DNA from: Clostridia bacterium
GTDB taxonomy: Bacteria; Bacillota; Clostridia; Oscillospirales; CAG-272
Assembly: GCA_028720145.1 (NCBI GenBank)
Contig: JAQYLJ010000067.1
Location: 91,890 to 155,889 of the forward strand
DNA: 64,000 bases
Direction of reading: 5' to 3'
The position numbers and the translations under genes are program-made. The notes under the pieces are model-generated. The model worked only from the letters and a program-made list of their open reading frames with translations. It was not told where the DNA came from and did no database searches. Positions 1-7,686 of the stretch are shown in pieces. Numbering within the stretch: the first letter of the stretch is position 1; every line of letters starts with the position of its first letter.

Positions 1-1
1 C

Positions 2-1276
2 GAAGAGCAGATCAATTCCGACTTCGGTGTCGGTTTCTTTGAAATCCTCAAGACCCTCACGATCGGTGTGGAGTCCGATGTCATTACGGTGACGAAGAAT
101 GTGTCCGTGACGAATCCCGAAACCGGTGAAACTACGGTGACCCCCGTTTCGATGAAGTACAAACTGACCGTGAAGAGCGTCACCGGCAGAGAGGACACAA
201 GTGCCCTGCCCGAAGAGCAGATTGAGAGAGCCGAGAAGTATATCACTTTTGACAAGACCTATGATGCGGATTCCGACGCGAAAGCGGAGAACGATGAGAA
301 TCTCTCCCTCGCGGGTAAGACTGTGACCTATCATGTGGCGGTTGTCAAGATGAAGACCGCGGACTACAACTGCGAGACCATCGTGAACAGCATCAAATAC
401 ACGGGAGACGCGAACACCGAACTCAAAGCATACCTTGAAGCATTCGGCGCATATTTCAAAGCCAAGAAAGAATACGATGACGCGGTTGCCAAGGGGAAGA
501 CCGGCGAAGACCTCGATAAACTGCAAACGAAACTGAACGACGCAATCAATGCGACCGAGGCGCCCGAACTCGCGTATCTCGAGAGTTTGGAGGCGGAAGA
601 CGATACTCCGCTCGCGAGTCTGAAAGCCGCCGCCAAGGCGTATGACGACGCGAAGAAAGACAGCGCTAAGACCGAAGACGAGATTGCCGCTCTGAAATAT
701 GCGTTCGCCGAGAAGAAGAACGCGTATCTGGCATCCAAGGGTTCGTATACCCTTCTCGCTGATCAGGTTGCCGTAGACGAGTATTGGGATTATCAGAAAG
801 AAGTCACGCAGGACGAGGCAGACACCAAGTTCAGCTATGCGATCGCCAAGGAGATTTGGAACGCCCTGCTCGAAAATGTCAAGGCGACCGTGAAGTATCC
901 TTCGAGAGCCGTGGCTGTCGCGAAGAAGGGACTCATGAACTCCCTGAAAGACGACTACTACTCCAACCGGGACTCGAAGTATTCGGAATACAGTTCGTTC
1001 AAGAGTTATCTAAAACAATCGGTCTATAAAGATCAGGATTACAAGCAGGCGATGCAGGCGGAAGCCGAGCAGATCGTCCTCGAAAAGATGGTGCTCTACC
1101 GTCTCGCCGATCTCTATGAGGTTACGCTCACCACATCGCAGGAGAGCATGGCATCTCTCTACTCGTATATCTACGGCGTGCCGATTGACGAGGCGAAGGC
1201 GGCGTCCCTCTTTGACAATGTCATGCAGGCGATTACCGAGGCGGTATGCCCCGCTCTCGTCGACACCGAAGACTAA
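2..1276 (+). CDS. Trigger-factor-like chaperone (end of FKBP-type PPIase domain plus trigger-factor C-terminal-like helical domain); 5' end outside window
   Basis: The frame is open from nt 2, with no stop upstream of the GTG at 68 listed in the track; stop at 1274-1276. The K/E/A-rich helical C-terminal half looks paralogous to the CDS at 1844-3265. Confidence 0.55.
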   Translation, partial: EEQINSDFGVGFFEILKTLTIGVESDVITVTKNVSVTNPETGETTVTPVSMKYKLTVKSVTGREDTSALPEEQIERAEKYITFDKTYDADSDAKAENDENLSLAGKTVTYHVAVVKMKTADYNCETIVNSIKYTGDANTELKAYLEAFGAYFKAKKEYDDAVAKGKTGEDLDKLQTKLNDAINATEAPELAYLESLEAEDDTPLASLKAAAKAYDDAKKDSAKTEDEIAALKYAFAEKKNAYLASKGSYTLLADQVAVDEYWDYQKEVTQDEADTKFSYAIAKEIWNALLENVKATVKYPSRAVAVAKKGLMNSLKDDYYSNRDSKYSEYSSFKSYLKQSVYKDQDYKQAMQAEAEQIVLEKMVLYRLADLYEVTLTTSQESMASLYSYIYGVPIDEAKAASLFDNVMQAITEAVCPALVDTED

Positions 1277-1346
1277 TTGATCACATTTTGTGCGACCGCC
1301 CGCTTCATGCGTGCGGTCGCTCTTTTTCCGAACGGGAGACGCTGAT

Positions 1347-1847
1347 ATGAAAAAAGTAGAAATCTATACCGACGGCGCCTGCCGTGGGAATCCGGGTCCC
1401 GGCGGCTGGGGCGCGGTTTTGGTGTACGGGAACCGAGAGAAAGAACTGTCCGGCGGTGAAGAGAACACCACCAACAATCGGATGGAACTCACGGCGGCGA
1501 TCGAGGCGCTCTCCGCGCTGAAAGAACCCTGCGAGGTCACTCTGACCTCGGACTCCACCTATCTCGTGAACGCGATTCGGGAGGGATGGCTCGCCGCATG
1601 GCGGGATCGCGCATTCCACAAGGTCAAGAACCCCGACCTGTGGATGAAACTCGACCCGTTGCTTTTGAAACACGAGGTGACTTTTGTGTGGGTCAAGGGG
1701 CATGACGGACATCCCTATAACGAGCGGTGTGACCGACTCGCGACCGCGGCGGCAGATGCGCTCCGTCCCGCGCCGACCGCACCCGACACAATGGAGACGG
1801 ACAAGGCGAATAAGACGGAAAAGACAGACGGGGAGGTGCGGGGATGA
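1347..1847 (+). CDS. rnhA: Ribonuclease HI
   Basis: [25 protein letters not shown]...[13 protein letters not shown]...[10 protein letters not shown]...[18 protein letters not shown] carries the RNase H DEDD-type motifs. ATG at 1347 is preceded by GGGAGA (1334-1339). The track start at 1290 adds an Arg/Cys-rich extension with no RBS. Confidence 0.9.
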   Translation: MKKVEIYTDGACRGNPGPGGWGAVLVYGNREKELSGGEENTTNNRMELTAAIEALSALKEPCEVTLTSDSTYLVNAIREGWLAAWRDRAFHKVKNPDLWMKLDPLLLKHEVTFVWVKGHDGHPYNERCDRLATAAADALRPAPTAPDTMETDKANKTEKTDGEVRG

Positions 1848-3265
1848 AACGCGCGAGACGCATGGTGACCGGCGTTGCGGTAGGGCTCCTTTGCGGGCTA
1901 TTGCTCCTCTTTCTGACTTCCTGCGGCTTTACCTACGCGGAGGGAGACCTCACGGATTATATGTCGCTCGACCCCGCGGCGCTCGAATCTCTTTCCGTGG
2001 TGTTGGATGCGGAATGGGAAGTCACCGATGACGAGGTCACAGAGGCAATCCGTCAACTGCTCTTCCGACACAAGAGCGCGGTGAACGGAGAGGCACAGGA
2101 ACTCGACACCCCAATCGGCGAGGGAGATGAGGTCGCGTTTTATCTCTCGCTCGCGGGACCGACGGGGACACCGATATCGAGCGGGTACGAGGTCGGGGGC
2201 GGGATGCCCGCGCTCATCGAATACGGGAGTGACACTCTGAAACTCGCGGGGTTGGAAGACGCGCTCGCGGGGGTGACCCCGTCGACCTATGCGCTCCGCC
2301 TTTCGGGAACCATCCCGACGGACGGGGTACTTTACCTTGAATACTATGTAAAAGTCTTCATGAATCACGAGGTCGTGCGGGAGGATCACCCGACGGGGCT
2401 CTACCGGATTCCGCTGTCCGAGGTGGATGACGCACTCATTCCGGGTGCGCGGGACGCGCTCGTCGGACAGTCGGTCGGCACCTGGCAGACCGTGCGTGTG
2501 ACGGGAGACGAAGAACGCGGGAACTATTCCGAATATTCAATACGCGTGCGCGGGTATACGCCTGCGGAACTCACCTTTTCCACCACTTGGGACGGGAGTC
2601 CGGCGGTCGCCCGTCTCGCGCTCCTCTATATGATCGACTTCTCGGTCCCCGCACTCACGGCCCAGACCGTGACCGAGACGCTCGAAATGTGTCGGGACGC
2701 GTCCGACCCCGTGTCCGCGCTCCGCGAGACTGTGCGCGCAGTACTCGAAGACGAGGAGACCCGTGTGACGGTTTTGGAAGAGGCGCTGCTCGTGGCGCTC
2801 ACGGGGTGCTTTACTTTCGGGGAGCTCCCGAAAGAGAAGGTCAAACAGGCAAAACAGATTTTGAAAAACGATGTACAGTCGTTCTACGACTATTGTCGCG
2901 AAAATATCGCCGACGAGACCGAAAAAGAACTCGGGGCGGGGGTGCTCGACTCGTTCGACACCTTTGTCAGAGCCATCTACGAGGTGGACGACCTTTCCGC
3001 GGACGAGATTCTCTATTTGGCGGCTCAGACGCAGGTGAGAGAGGATCTGATGATCTACTACCTCGCGCGGCACTGCGGATTCGGGATCACGCCCGAGACG
3101 CTCGCGGAGGGGACGGATCAACTGATCGCGTCCTATCTCGAAGACGGGGATACCGAGCGCTCTCTTCTCAAACGCTATGGCGGGCGGGAGTATTTCGAGG
3201 CGCTCTGCCTGCGCGCGGCGGTCCTGACCGCGCTCGAAGATCGCGTGACGATTCTGTATCAATAA
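1844..3265 (+). CDS. Lipoprotein, trigger-factor-like (FKBP-type PPIase-like segment plus TF C-terminal-like domain)
   Basis: Signal peptide plus lipobox (LLLFLTSC). The segment [14 protein letters not shown]...[20 protein letters not shown] resembles the trigger factor PPIase domain pattern, and the C-terminal helical region is TF-C-like. ATG 1844 overlaps the rnhA TGA (ATGA). Confidence 0.6.
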   Translation: MKRARRMVTGVAVGLLCGLLLLFLTSCGFTYAEGDLTDYMSLDPAALESLSVVLDAEWEVTDDEVTEAIRQLLFRHKSAVNGEAQELDTPIGEGDEVAFYLSLAGPTGTPISSGYEVGGGMPALIEYGSDTLKLAGLEDALAGVTPSTYALRLSGTIPTDGVLYLEYYVKVFMNHEVVREDHPTGLYRIPLSEVDDALIPGARDALVGQSVGTWQTVRVTGDEERGNYSEYSIRVRGYTPAELTFSTTWDGSPAVARLALLYMIDFSVPALTAQTVTETLEMCRDASDPVSALRETVRAVLEDEETRVTVLEEALLVALTGCFTFGELPKEKVKQAKQILKNDVQSFYDYCRENIADETEKELGAGVLDSFDTFVRAIYEVDDLSADEILYLAAQTQVREDLMIYYLARHCGFGITPETLAEGTDQLIASYLEDGDTERSLLKRYGGREYFEALCLRAAVLTALEDRVTILYQ

Positions 3266-3290
3266 CCGTGAGACGGTTCCGTTATGAAAT

Positions 3291-3325
3291 AAAATGAAAA
3301 GAGCGTCCGGCAGGTCCGGACGCTC
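3291..3325 (-). terminator. Rho-independent terminator for the small membrane protein gene
   Basis: Stem GAGCGTCCGG (3301-3310) pairs with CCGGACGCTC (3316-3325). On the minus strand it is followed by TTTTCATTTT. Confidence 0.5.
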
Positions 3326-3329
3326 TCGG

Positions 3330-3608
3330 TTATTCGGCGTCTTCATCGTCTCCCCGACGGTGTCTCCCACAACGGGAGGATCGATCTGACCCCTGACCGC
3401 TCCCCGTGTCGATCGCGTCCGCGACGGCACCCGCGGCGTTCTCGACCGCCTGTCCGCACTGCGCCGCGAGACGCTTACAGTTTCCTTTGAGTTTCCCGCA
3501 GTTGGAAAGAATCAGACCCACGACCGTCATGATGCCCACGAGCGCCATGAGAAAATAGACGGGGGTCCAGAGAATCTCCCCCAAACCGCATTTTTTATGA
3601 CAGAACAT
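3330..3608 (-). CDS. Small Cys-rich single-pass membrane protein, function unknown
   Basis: AAGGAG sits 7 nt upstream of ATG 3608. One hydrophobic helix (WTPVYFLMALVGIMTVVGLIL), six Cys, charged C-terminal tail, and its own terminator. Confidence 0.55.
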   Translation of the reverse strand: MFCHKKCGLGEILWTPVYFLMALVGIMTVVGLILSNCGKLKGNCKRLAAQCGQAVENAAGAVADAIDTGSGQGSDRSSRCGRHRRGDDEDAE

Positions 3609-3748
3609 TCGGTATCTCCTTTGCGTATGACGCTAGTCGTAGTATGCGCGGTTATGACCCCTTTCATGCCTTGACAAATTGTGAAAATAACGGTACAATA
3701 AAACAATCAAAAAAGTCGAAAAAAGTCCTGAAATTCGGGGGAAAAAAC

Positions 3749-5374
3749 ATGAGATGTCGTGAATGCGGGTTTGAATGGAGCGGGCAGGAGAACGAGTGTC
3801 CCGCCTGTGGGGCGAAGGTCGCCGTACCCGCTGTCAGCGGAGAGGAAATCTACCGCCGCGCGATCACCGCGGAGCGGGAGGGGAAACTCGCGACCGCGAT
3901 GCGTTCCTATGCCGCCGCGGCGGACCTCGGCGTGCCGCTCGCGGCATACTGCGTCTGCCGTTGCCTCGACCGCCGCGAGAACCCGGATCTGTACGAATTT
4001 TGGCTGATGACAGCCGCCTTTAACGACCCGATCGCCGCCGCGGCGTACGCCGCCTATCTCGGGCGCGCAGGGGACGAGATCGCCTCGTTTCGGATGTGGC
4101 ACCGCGCCGCGGAGATGGGGAGCGAAGAGGCACGGATGAAACTCGCCCGCTACTATATCCGACATAAAAACCGCCCTGCGGCACGGTATTATCTCAACCG
4201 CGTGCGGGGGAATTTCCTCGCATCGGTGCTGTTGTTCTTTTTGCGGAAAAAGCCGGAATATGCCCCCAAGACTCCCGAGGCGCCCGACACCACCGTCGAG
4301 ATGTATACCGCCGGTATGTACGCCGAGCGGCTGGGGCTCCCGCATATCGCGTTCTCCTATTACCGAGTCGCGGCGGATGCCGCCTATCTGCCTGCCGTCG
4401 AGCGCGTCGCAGATATGTACATGAAAGGGCAGGGCGCGTCGCAGGACATTCGGGAGGTGCGGAAATACCTCATGCAACTCGGGGCGGCGGGAAAGACCGA
4501 CGCGTATCTGCGGCTCGCGGATTACTATGAGACGGGCGTGTTTGAGGGAGACCCCAATCCGAGCGCGGCGGTCGAACTCTATCGGCTCGCGGCGGAGGCG
4601 GGAGACACGCGCGGCATGGTCCTGCTCGGCGATCGGCTGGCGGACGGGAGCGGCGTCGCCGAGAACCCGGAGGAGGCGCTCTCTTGGTATGCGAAAGCCG
4701 CGTCTAACGGCTCGGAAGACGGGAAGAAACGGGGAGAAAAATTGAAACGGGATGCCGAGACGGCATACCGCACCGCGACCGACCTTCTGACGAGTGCGCC
4801 CGACGAGGCGGTGGAACGCCTGACCTTCGCCGCAAAGACAGGACACGCCGAGGCGCTTACCGCACTCGGAGATTGCTATGCCGAGGGAACGGGGACGAAA
4901 AAGAGTATCTCCCGCGCGATGGATCTGTATCTCCGCGCCGCAGAACAGGGGAATCTCCGTGCGCTCTATCGCATGGGTTGTCTCTACATGCAGAACGACG
5001 GTGTGCGGTTCAATGCCCGCCTCGCCCGCGCCTGCCTCGTGAACGCGCGGAACAAGGGATATACGCCCGCCGAGGAAGCGATCGCCGCTTTGGACGCACG
5101 GCGGCGGAAGCACACCGCGGATAAACTCTACGCCGTCTCCTGTACCCTCTACCACCGCGGAGAACACGCGGAGGCGGCGCGGTACCGCTACGCCGCGGCG
5201 AAACTGAATCATCCTCGCGCCACCTATCTGCTCGGCTGTATGTGCGAATGCGGAGACGGGGTCGAGCGGGATGACGCACGAGCAAAACAACTGTATGCCC
5301 GCGCCCTTGCGCTCGGGTTCGACGGACGGAATAACGGTTTCTACGGGAAATATCTCCGCCGCCTGCACGGATAA
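3749..5374 (+). CDS. Zinc-ribbon plus Sel1-repeat (SLR/TPR-like) protein
   Basis: N-terminus MRCRECGFEWSGQENECPACG (CxxC...CxxC). Multiple Sel1-like units follow, e.g. ELYRLAAEAGDTRGMVLLGDRLADGSGVAENPEEALSWYAKAASNG. ATG 3749 follows GGGGGA; the track start at 3644 has no RBS. Confidence 0.8.
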   Translation: MRCRECGFEWSGQENECPACGAKVAVPAVSGEEIYRRAITAEREGKLATAMRSYAAAADLGVPLAAYCVCRCLDRRENPDLYEFWLMTAAFNDPIAAAAYAAYLGRAGDEIASFRMWHRAAEMGSEEARMKLARYYIRHKNRPAARYYLNRVRGNFLASVLLFFLRKKPEYAPKTPEAPDTTVEMYTAGMYAERLGLPHIAFSYYRVAADAAYLPAVERVADMYMKGQGASQDIREVRKYLMQLGAAGKTDAYLRLADYYETGVFEGDPNPSAAVELYRLAAEAGDTRGMVLLGDRLADGSGVAENPEEALSWYAKAASNGSEDGKKRGEKLKRDAETAYRTATDLLTSAPDEAVERLTFAAKTGHAEALTALGDCYAEGTGTKKSISRAMDLYLRAAEQGNLRALYRMGCLYMQNDGVRFNARLARACLVNARNKGYTPAEEAIAALDARRRKHTADKLYAVSCTLYHRGEHAEAARYRYAAAKLNHPRATYLLGCMCECGDGVERDDARAKQLYARALALGFDGRNNGFYGKYLRRLHG

Positions 5375-5381
5375 ACAGAAT

Positions 5382-5426
5382 CACCGCGTTGTGCCATGTT
5401 TTCGGGACAACGCGGTGCTTTTTTAT
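5382..5426 (+). terminator. Rho-independent terminator after the Sel1 gene
   Basis: CACCGCGTTGT (5382-5392) pairs with ACAACGCGGTG (5407-5417), followed by CTTTTTTATT. Confidence 0.6.
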
Positions 5427-5462
5427 TGCTTTTTTTAAGGGGATATGAGGAGATGGGCAGAC

Positions 5463-6023
5463 TTAAAGAAACAGGGGACGCAGCTGATGTCCCGCGAGTG
5501 CGGCGGTCAGGCATTCGGGCAGATAGGTAAAATCCGCGACGAGAGAATGGGGTTTCTTCTCGGGATCGTCCTGCCGCATCGGGACGAAGAAGACCTGTTT
5601 CCTTTGGAGCAGGGTCGCGATATTCGCGAGGTTCGCGGACATGGAATCGTTTGACGCGAGGGCAATCAGGGTCGGGCGGTCGCACCGCAGATGTGCTTTC
5701 GCCGCCATGGTGACGCAGGTGTCGGTGATGCCCTGCGCCATTTTTGCGAGGGTGTTCCCGGTACAGGGGGCGATCACCAGCGCGTCGAGCGGAGTGGCGG
5801 GCCCAAGCGGCTCTGCCGCGACGATGGAGTCGACCGCGCGTTTTCCGCACATGGTCTCGACCGTGTCCCGAAAGTCCTTTGCCTGCCAGAAGCGGGTGTC
5901 GGTCTCGGCGACCCGCTCGCTGAAAATGGGAAGTATATCCGCGCCTTCGGCACACAGGCGGCGGAGTGCCGCGAGAGAATGGGACAGGGTGCAGAAGGAA
6001 CCGCAGAATGCGTATCCGATCAT
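5463..6023 (-). CDS. dpaB: Dipicolinate synthase subunit B (flavoprotein family)
   Basis: MIGYAFCGSFCT...VIAPCTGNTLAKMAQGITDT...ASNDSMSANLANIATLL is typical SpoVFB/DpaB. The start overlaps the dpaA stop (ATGA). Confidence 0.9.
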   Translation of the reverse strand: MIGYAFCGSFCTLSHSLAALRRLCAEGADILPIFSERVAETDTRFWQAKDFRDTVETMCGKRAVDSIVAAEPLGPATPLDALVIAPCTGNTLAKMAQGITDTCVTMAAKAHLRCDRPTLIALASNDSMSANLANIATLLQRKQVFFVPMRQDDPEKKPHSLVADFTYLPECLTAALAGHQLRPLFL

Positions 6024-6832
6024 GAAGCTGTATATCCTTCTTTTTGCATGGTTTGGTCCAAAGTGCGGGCGATGATGACACCCGCGCTTTTGGGAAAGAT
6101 TTTGCCGGGGAGAGAATGGGCATAGGTCAGGGTCACGCCCGCCTCTTTTCGCGGCGGCGCGATGTTCTCCCGTCCGGAGGCTAGCTCGACAATCGCGCAG
6201 TCGCGCAGTCCCGCGAGGATGGGGGGCGTCAAGAGACAGGCGGGGACGGTGTTGAAAATCAGACGCGTCCCGGGGAGATGACCACGGAGCGCAGGCAGAT
6301 CATACGGCTCCGCCCCGTCGAGTTTCGCCTCGAGGCGGCTCTCTTCCCGCCGCGCGAACACCTTGACGCGCGCGCCGAGTAGGGTGAGAAACCGCGTGAG
6401 CGGTGCGGCGATTCTGCCGTAGCCGATGACCGCGACGGGTAGCCCTCTGTACGATGCCCCGCACGCCTGCATCCCCACGCCTAGCGCCGCCTCTGCCGTC
6501 AGAAATGCGTTTTCTCGGACGAACGAGGGGAGGGCGAGAAAGTCGGTGATCTCCCGTCCGCTCCGTCTGACCTCCGCCACGGTGTCCGAGGAAAAGCCCC
6601 CGCCGAATACCCGTGCGGGTCCCGCGAGAATCAGCGGCAGAATACACGGCGGATTTTCGACGCGCGTGTTCAGGTGAACCCCGTCGGAGGTCGCGGGCGT
6701 GGGCAGCAGGAGAATGTCTCCCGTCATCACCGCCTCGCCGGGCGAGGTCAGATACGCGCTGTAACCCAGCGCGATCAGTTCCTGTGTCGCGTATTCCTGC
6801 CGCGGGTCTCCGCGTAAGACGATGATTTTCAT
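6020..6832 (-). CDS. dpaA: Dipicolinate synthase subunit A
   Basis: Rossmann motif VAVIGYGRIAAPLTRFLTLLGARVKVFAR, with SpoVFA-like N- and C-termini. ATG 6832 is preceded by GAAAAGGAAGAAG. The track start at 6919 adds 29 aa with no RBS. Confidence 0.85.
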   Translation of the reverse strand: MKIIVLRGDPRQEYATQELIALGYSAYLTSPGEAVMTGDILLLPTPATSDGVHLNTRVENPPCILPLILAGPARVFGGGFSSDTVAEVRRSGREITDFLALPSFVRENAFLTAEAALGVGMQACGASYRGLPVAVIGYGRIAAPLTRFLTLLGARVKVFARREESRLEAKLDGAEPYDLPALRGHLPGTRLIFNTVPACLLTPPILAGLRDCAIVELASGRENIAPPRKEAGVTLTYAHSLPGKIFPKSAGVIIARTLDQTMQKEGYTAS

Positions 6833-7621
6833 GGGCTCTTCTTCCTTTTCACAATTCCTCTCATCAATAATATATGCCGCGCCGCGGGGATGCGGTACGG
6901 GAACAGACCCGCGAAACAATTATGATGTCAAAAGATTTTCCCGTCGTTAGAGTTTTCTTTTGAGAGAGAAACGCGGGTATTACAAGGTTCACGGTATGAG
7001 TTTTACTTATTTTTAATATTTAATTTTGGTAGTATTAATTTACGGGGTAAAAAATATTTCCATATTATATAAGGGAAACGGCGCGTATGATATAGCGAAT
7101 ACGGCGCAGAAAAACACAAAGAATCTCGTTTCGGCAAAGAGCCGAGAACCCGCCGAAGCCGCTGCCGTTTTACAGAACGTCGGACGGCGCTCCCCGCGAT
7201 TTTGCGCGCGGAAGGACGAGGACGGGGTGTGACCGAGGGGAAACGAGAAGAACGGAAAAACAGGCGGGGAAGGGAGTTTTGCAAGTCGGGAGTGAAATTC
7301 TTGCTCTTTCATGCAACATTCAACAATAGCCGCACCGCCGGAGCCTCATTTGAAAATACGAAAACCCATATGAGTCATACGGAAAAATGTTCGTATACGG
7401 CAGATGAGACGGCGGCGGGCGCCGCCGGGAGAGCGCGCCGAGGCGGCGACGCATCACGGAGATGCAGGATGTTTACACGGGAAGTGCGCTGACAGGATAG
7501 GGAAAAGCCCTTTCAAAAAGGAACAATGGAGATTGTTTGTTTCAATCGGCACAAAAAATGCGCGTTGAATGGCTCGTGTTTGTGTGCAAATATATAAATA
7601 TGAATTTTTTTAACAAATATC

Positions 7622-7650
7622 TTGCAATTTTGGTAAAAACGTGGAATAAT
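7622..7650 (+). promoter_or_regulatory. SigA-type promoter candidate for the giant lipoprotein gene
   Basis: TTGCAA (7622-7627), 17-nt spacer, AATAAT (7645-7650) preceded by TGg (extended -10-like). It lies in an AT-rich island 37 nt upstream of the ATG. Confidence 0.4.
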
Positions 7651-7686
7651 ATTATTAATTTTTTATTTTTTATGAGGAGGTCAACC

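Noticed and set aside
3707-5368. Antisense ORFs of more than 300 aa opposite other confident genes (3707-5368, 20471-22492, 22505-23449, 23975-25369, 28867-30558, 31882-32931, 53029-55083, 55678-56814, 57145-59091, 60907-62379)
   Set aside because: Each lies opposite a CDS with strong family motifs (Sel1, vWA, DnaC/DnaD, TsaD, PncB, ABC). All are Arg/Gly-rich without an RBS, the typical shadow ORFs of a high-GC3 genome.
5341-6123. 260-aa minus-strand ORF overlapping dpaB and dpaA out of frame
   Set aside because: Its translation is Arg/Pro-rich. It overlaps two confidently identified genes in another frame and has no independent start signals.
7202-7492. Small ORFs in the long intergenic regions (7003-7312 set, 7202-7492; 52479-52841, 52609-52891 set)
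   Set aside because: They have no Shine-Dalgarno and Arg/Pro/Gly-rich composition. They overlap each other on both strands and show no recognisable motif, so the regions are treated as noncoding.
7537-7686. 50-codon upstream extension of the giant ORF given in the track
   Set aside because: The extension lies in the AT-rich promoter island and encodes an implausible F/N/K/I-rich peptide. A strong GAGGAGG sits immediately upstream of ATG 7687, which begins a canonical lipoprotein signal peptide.
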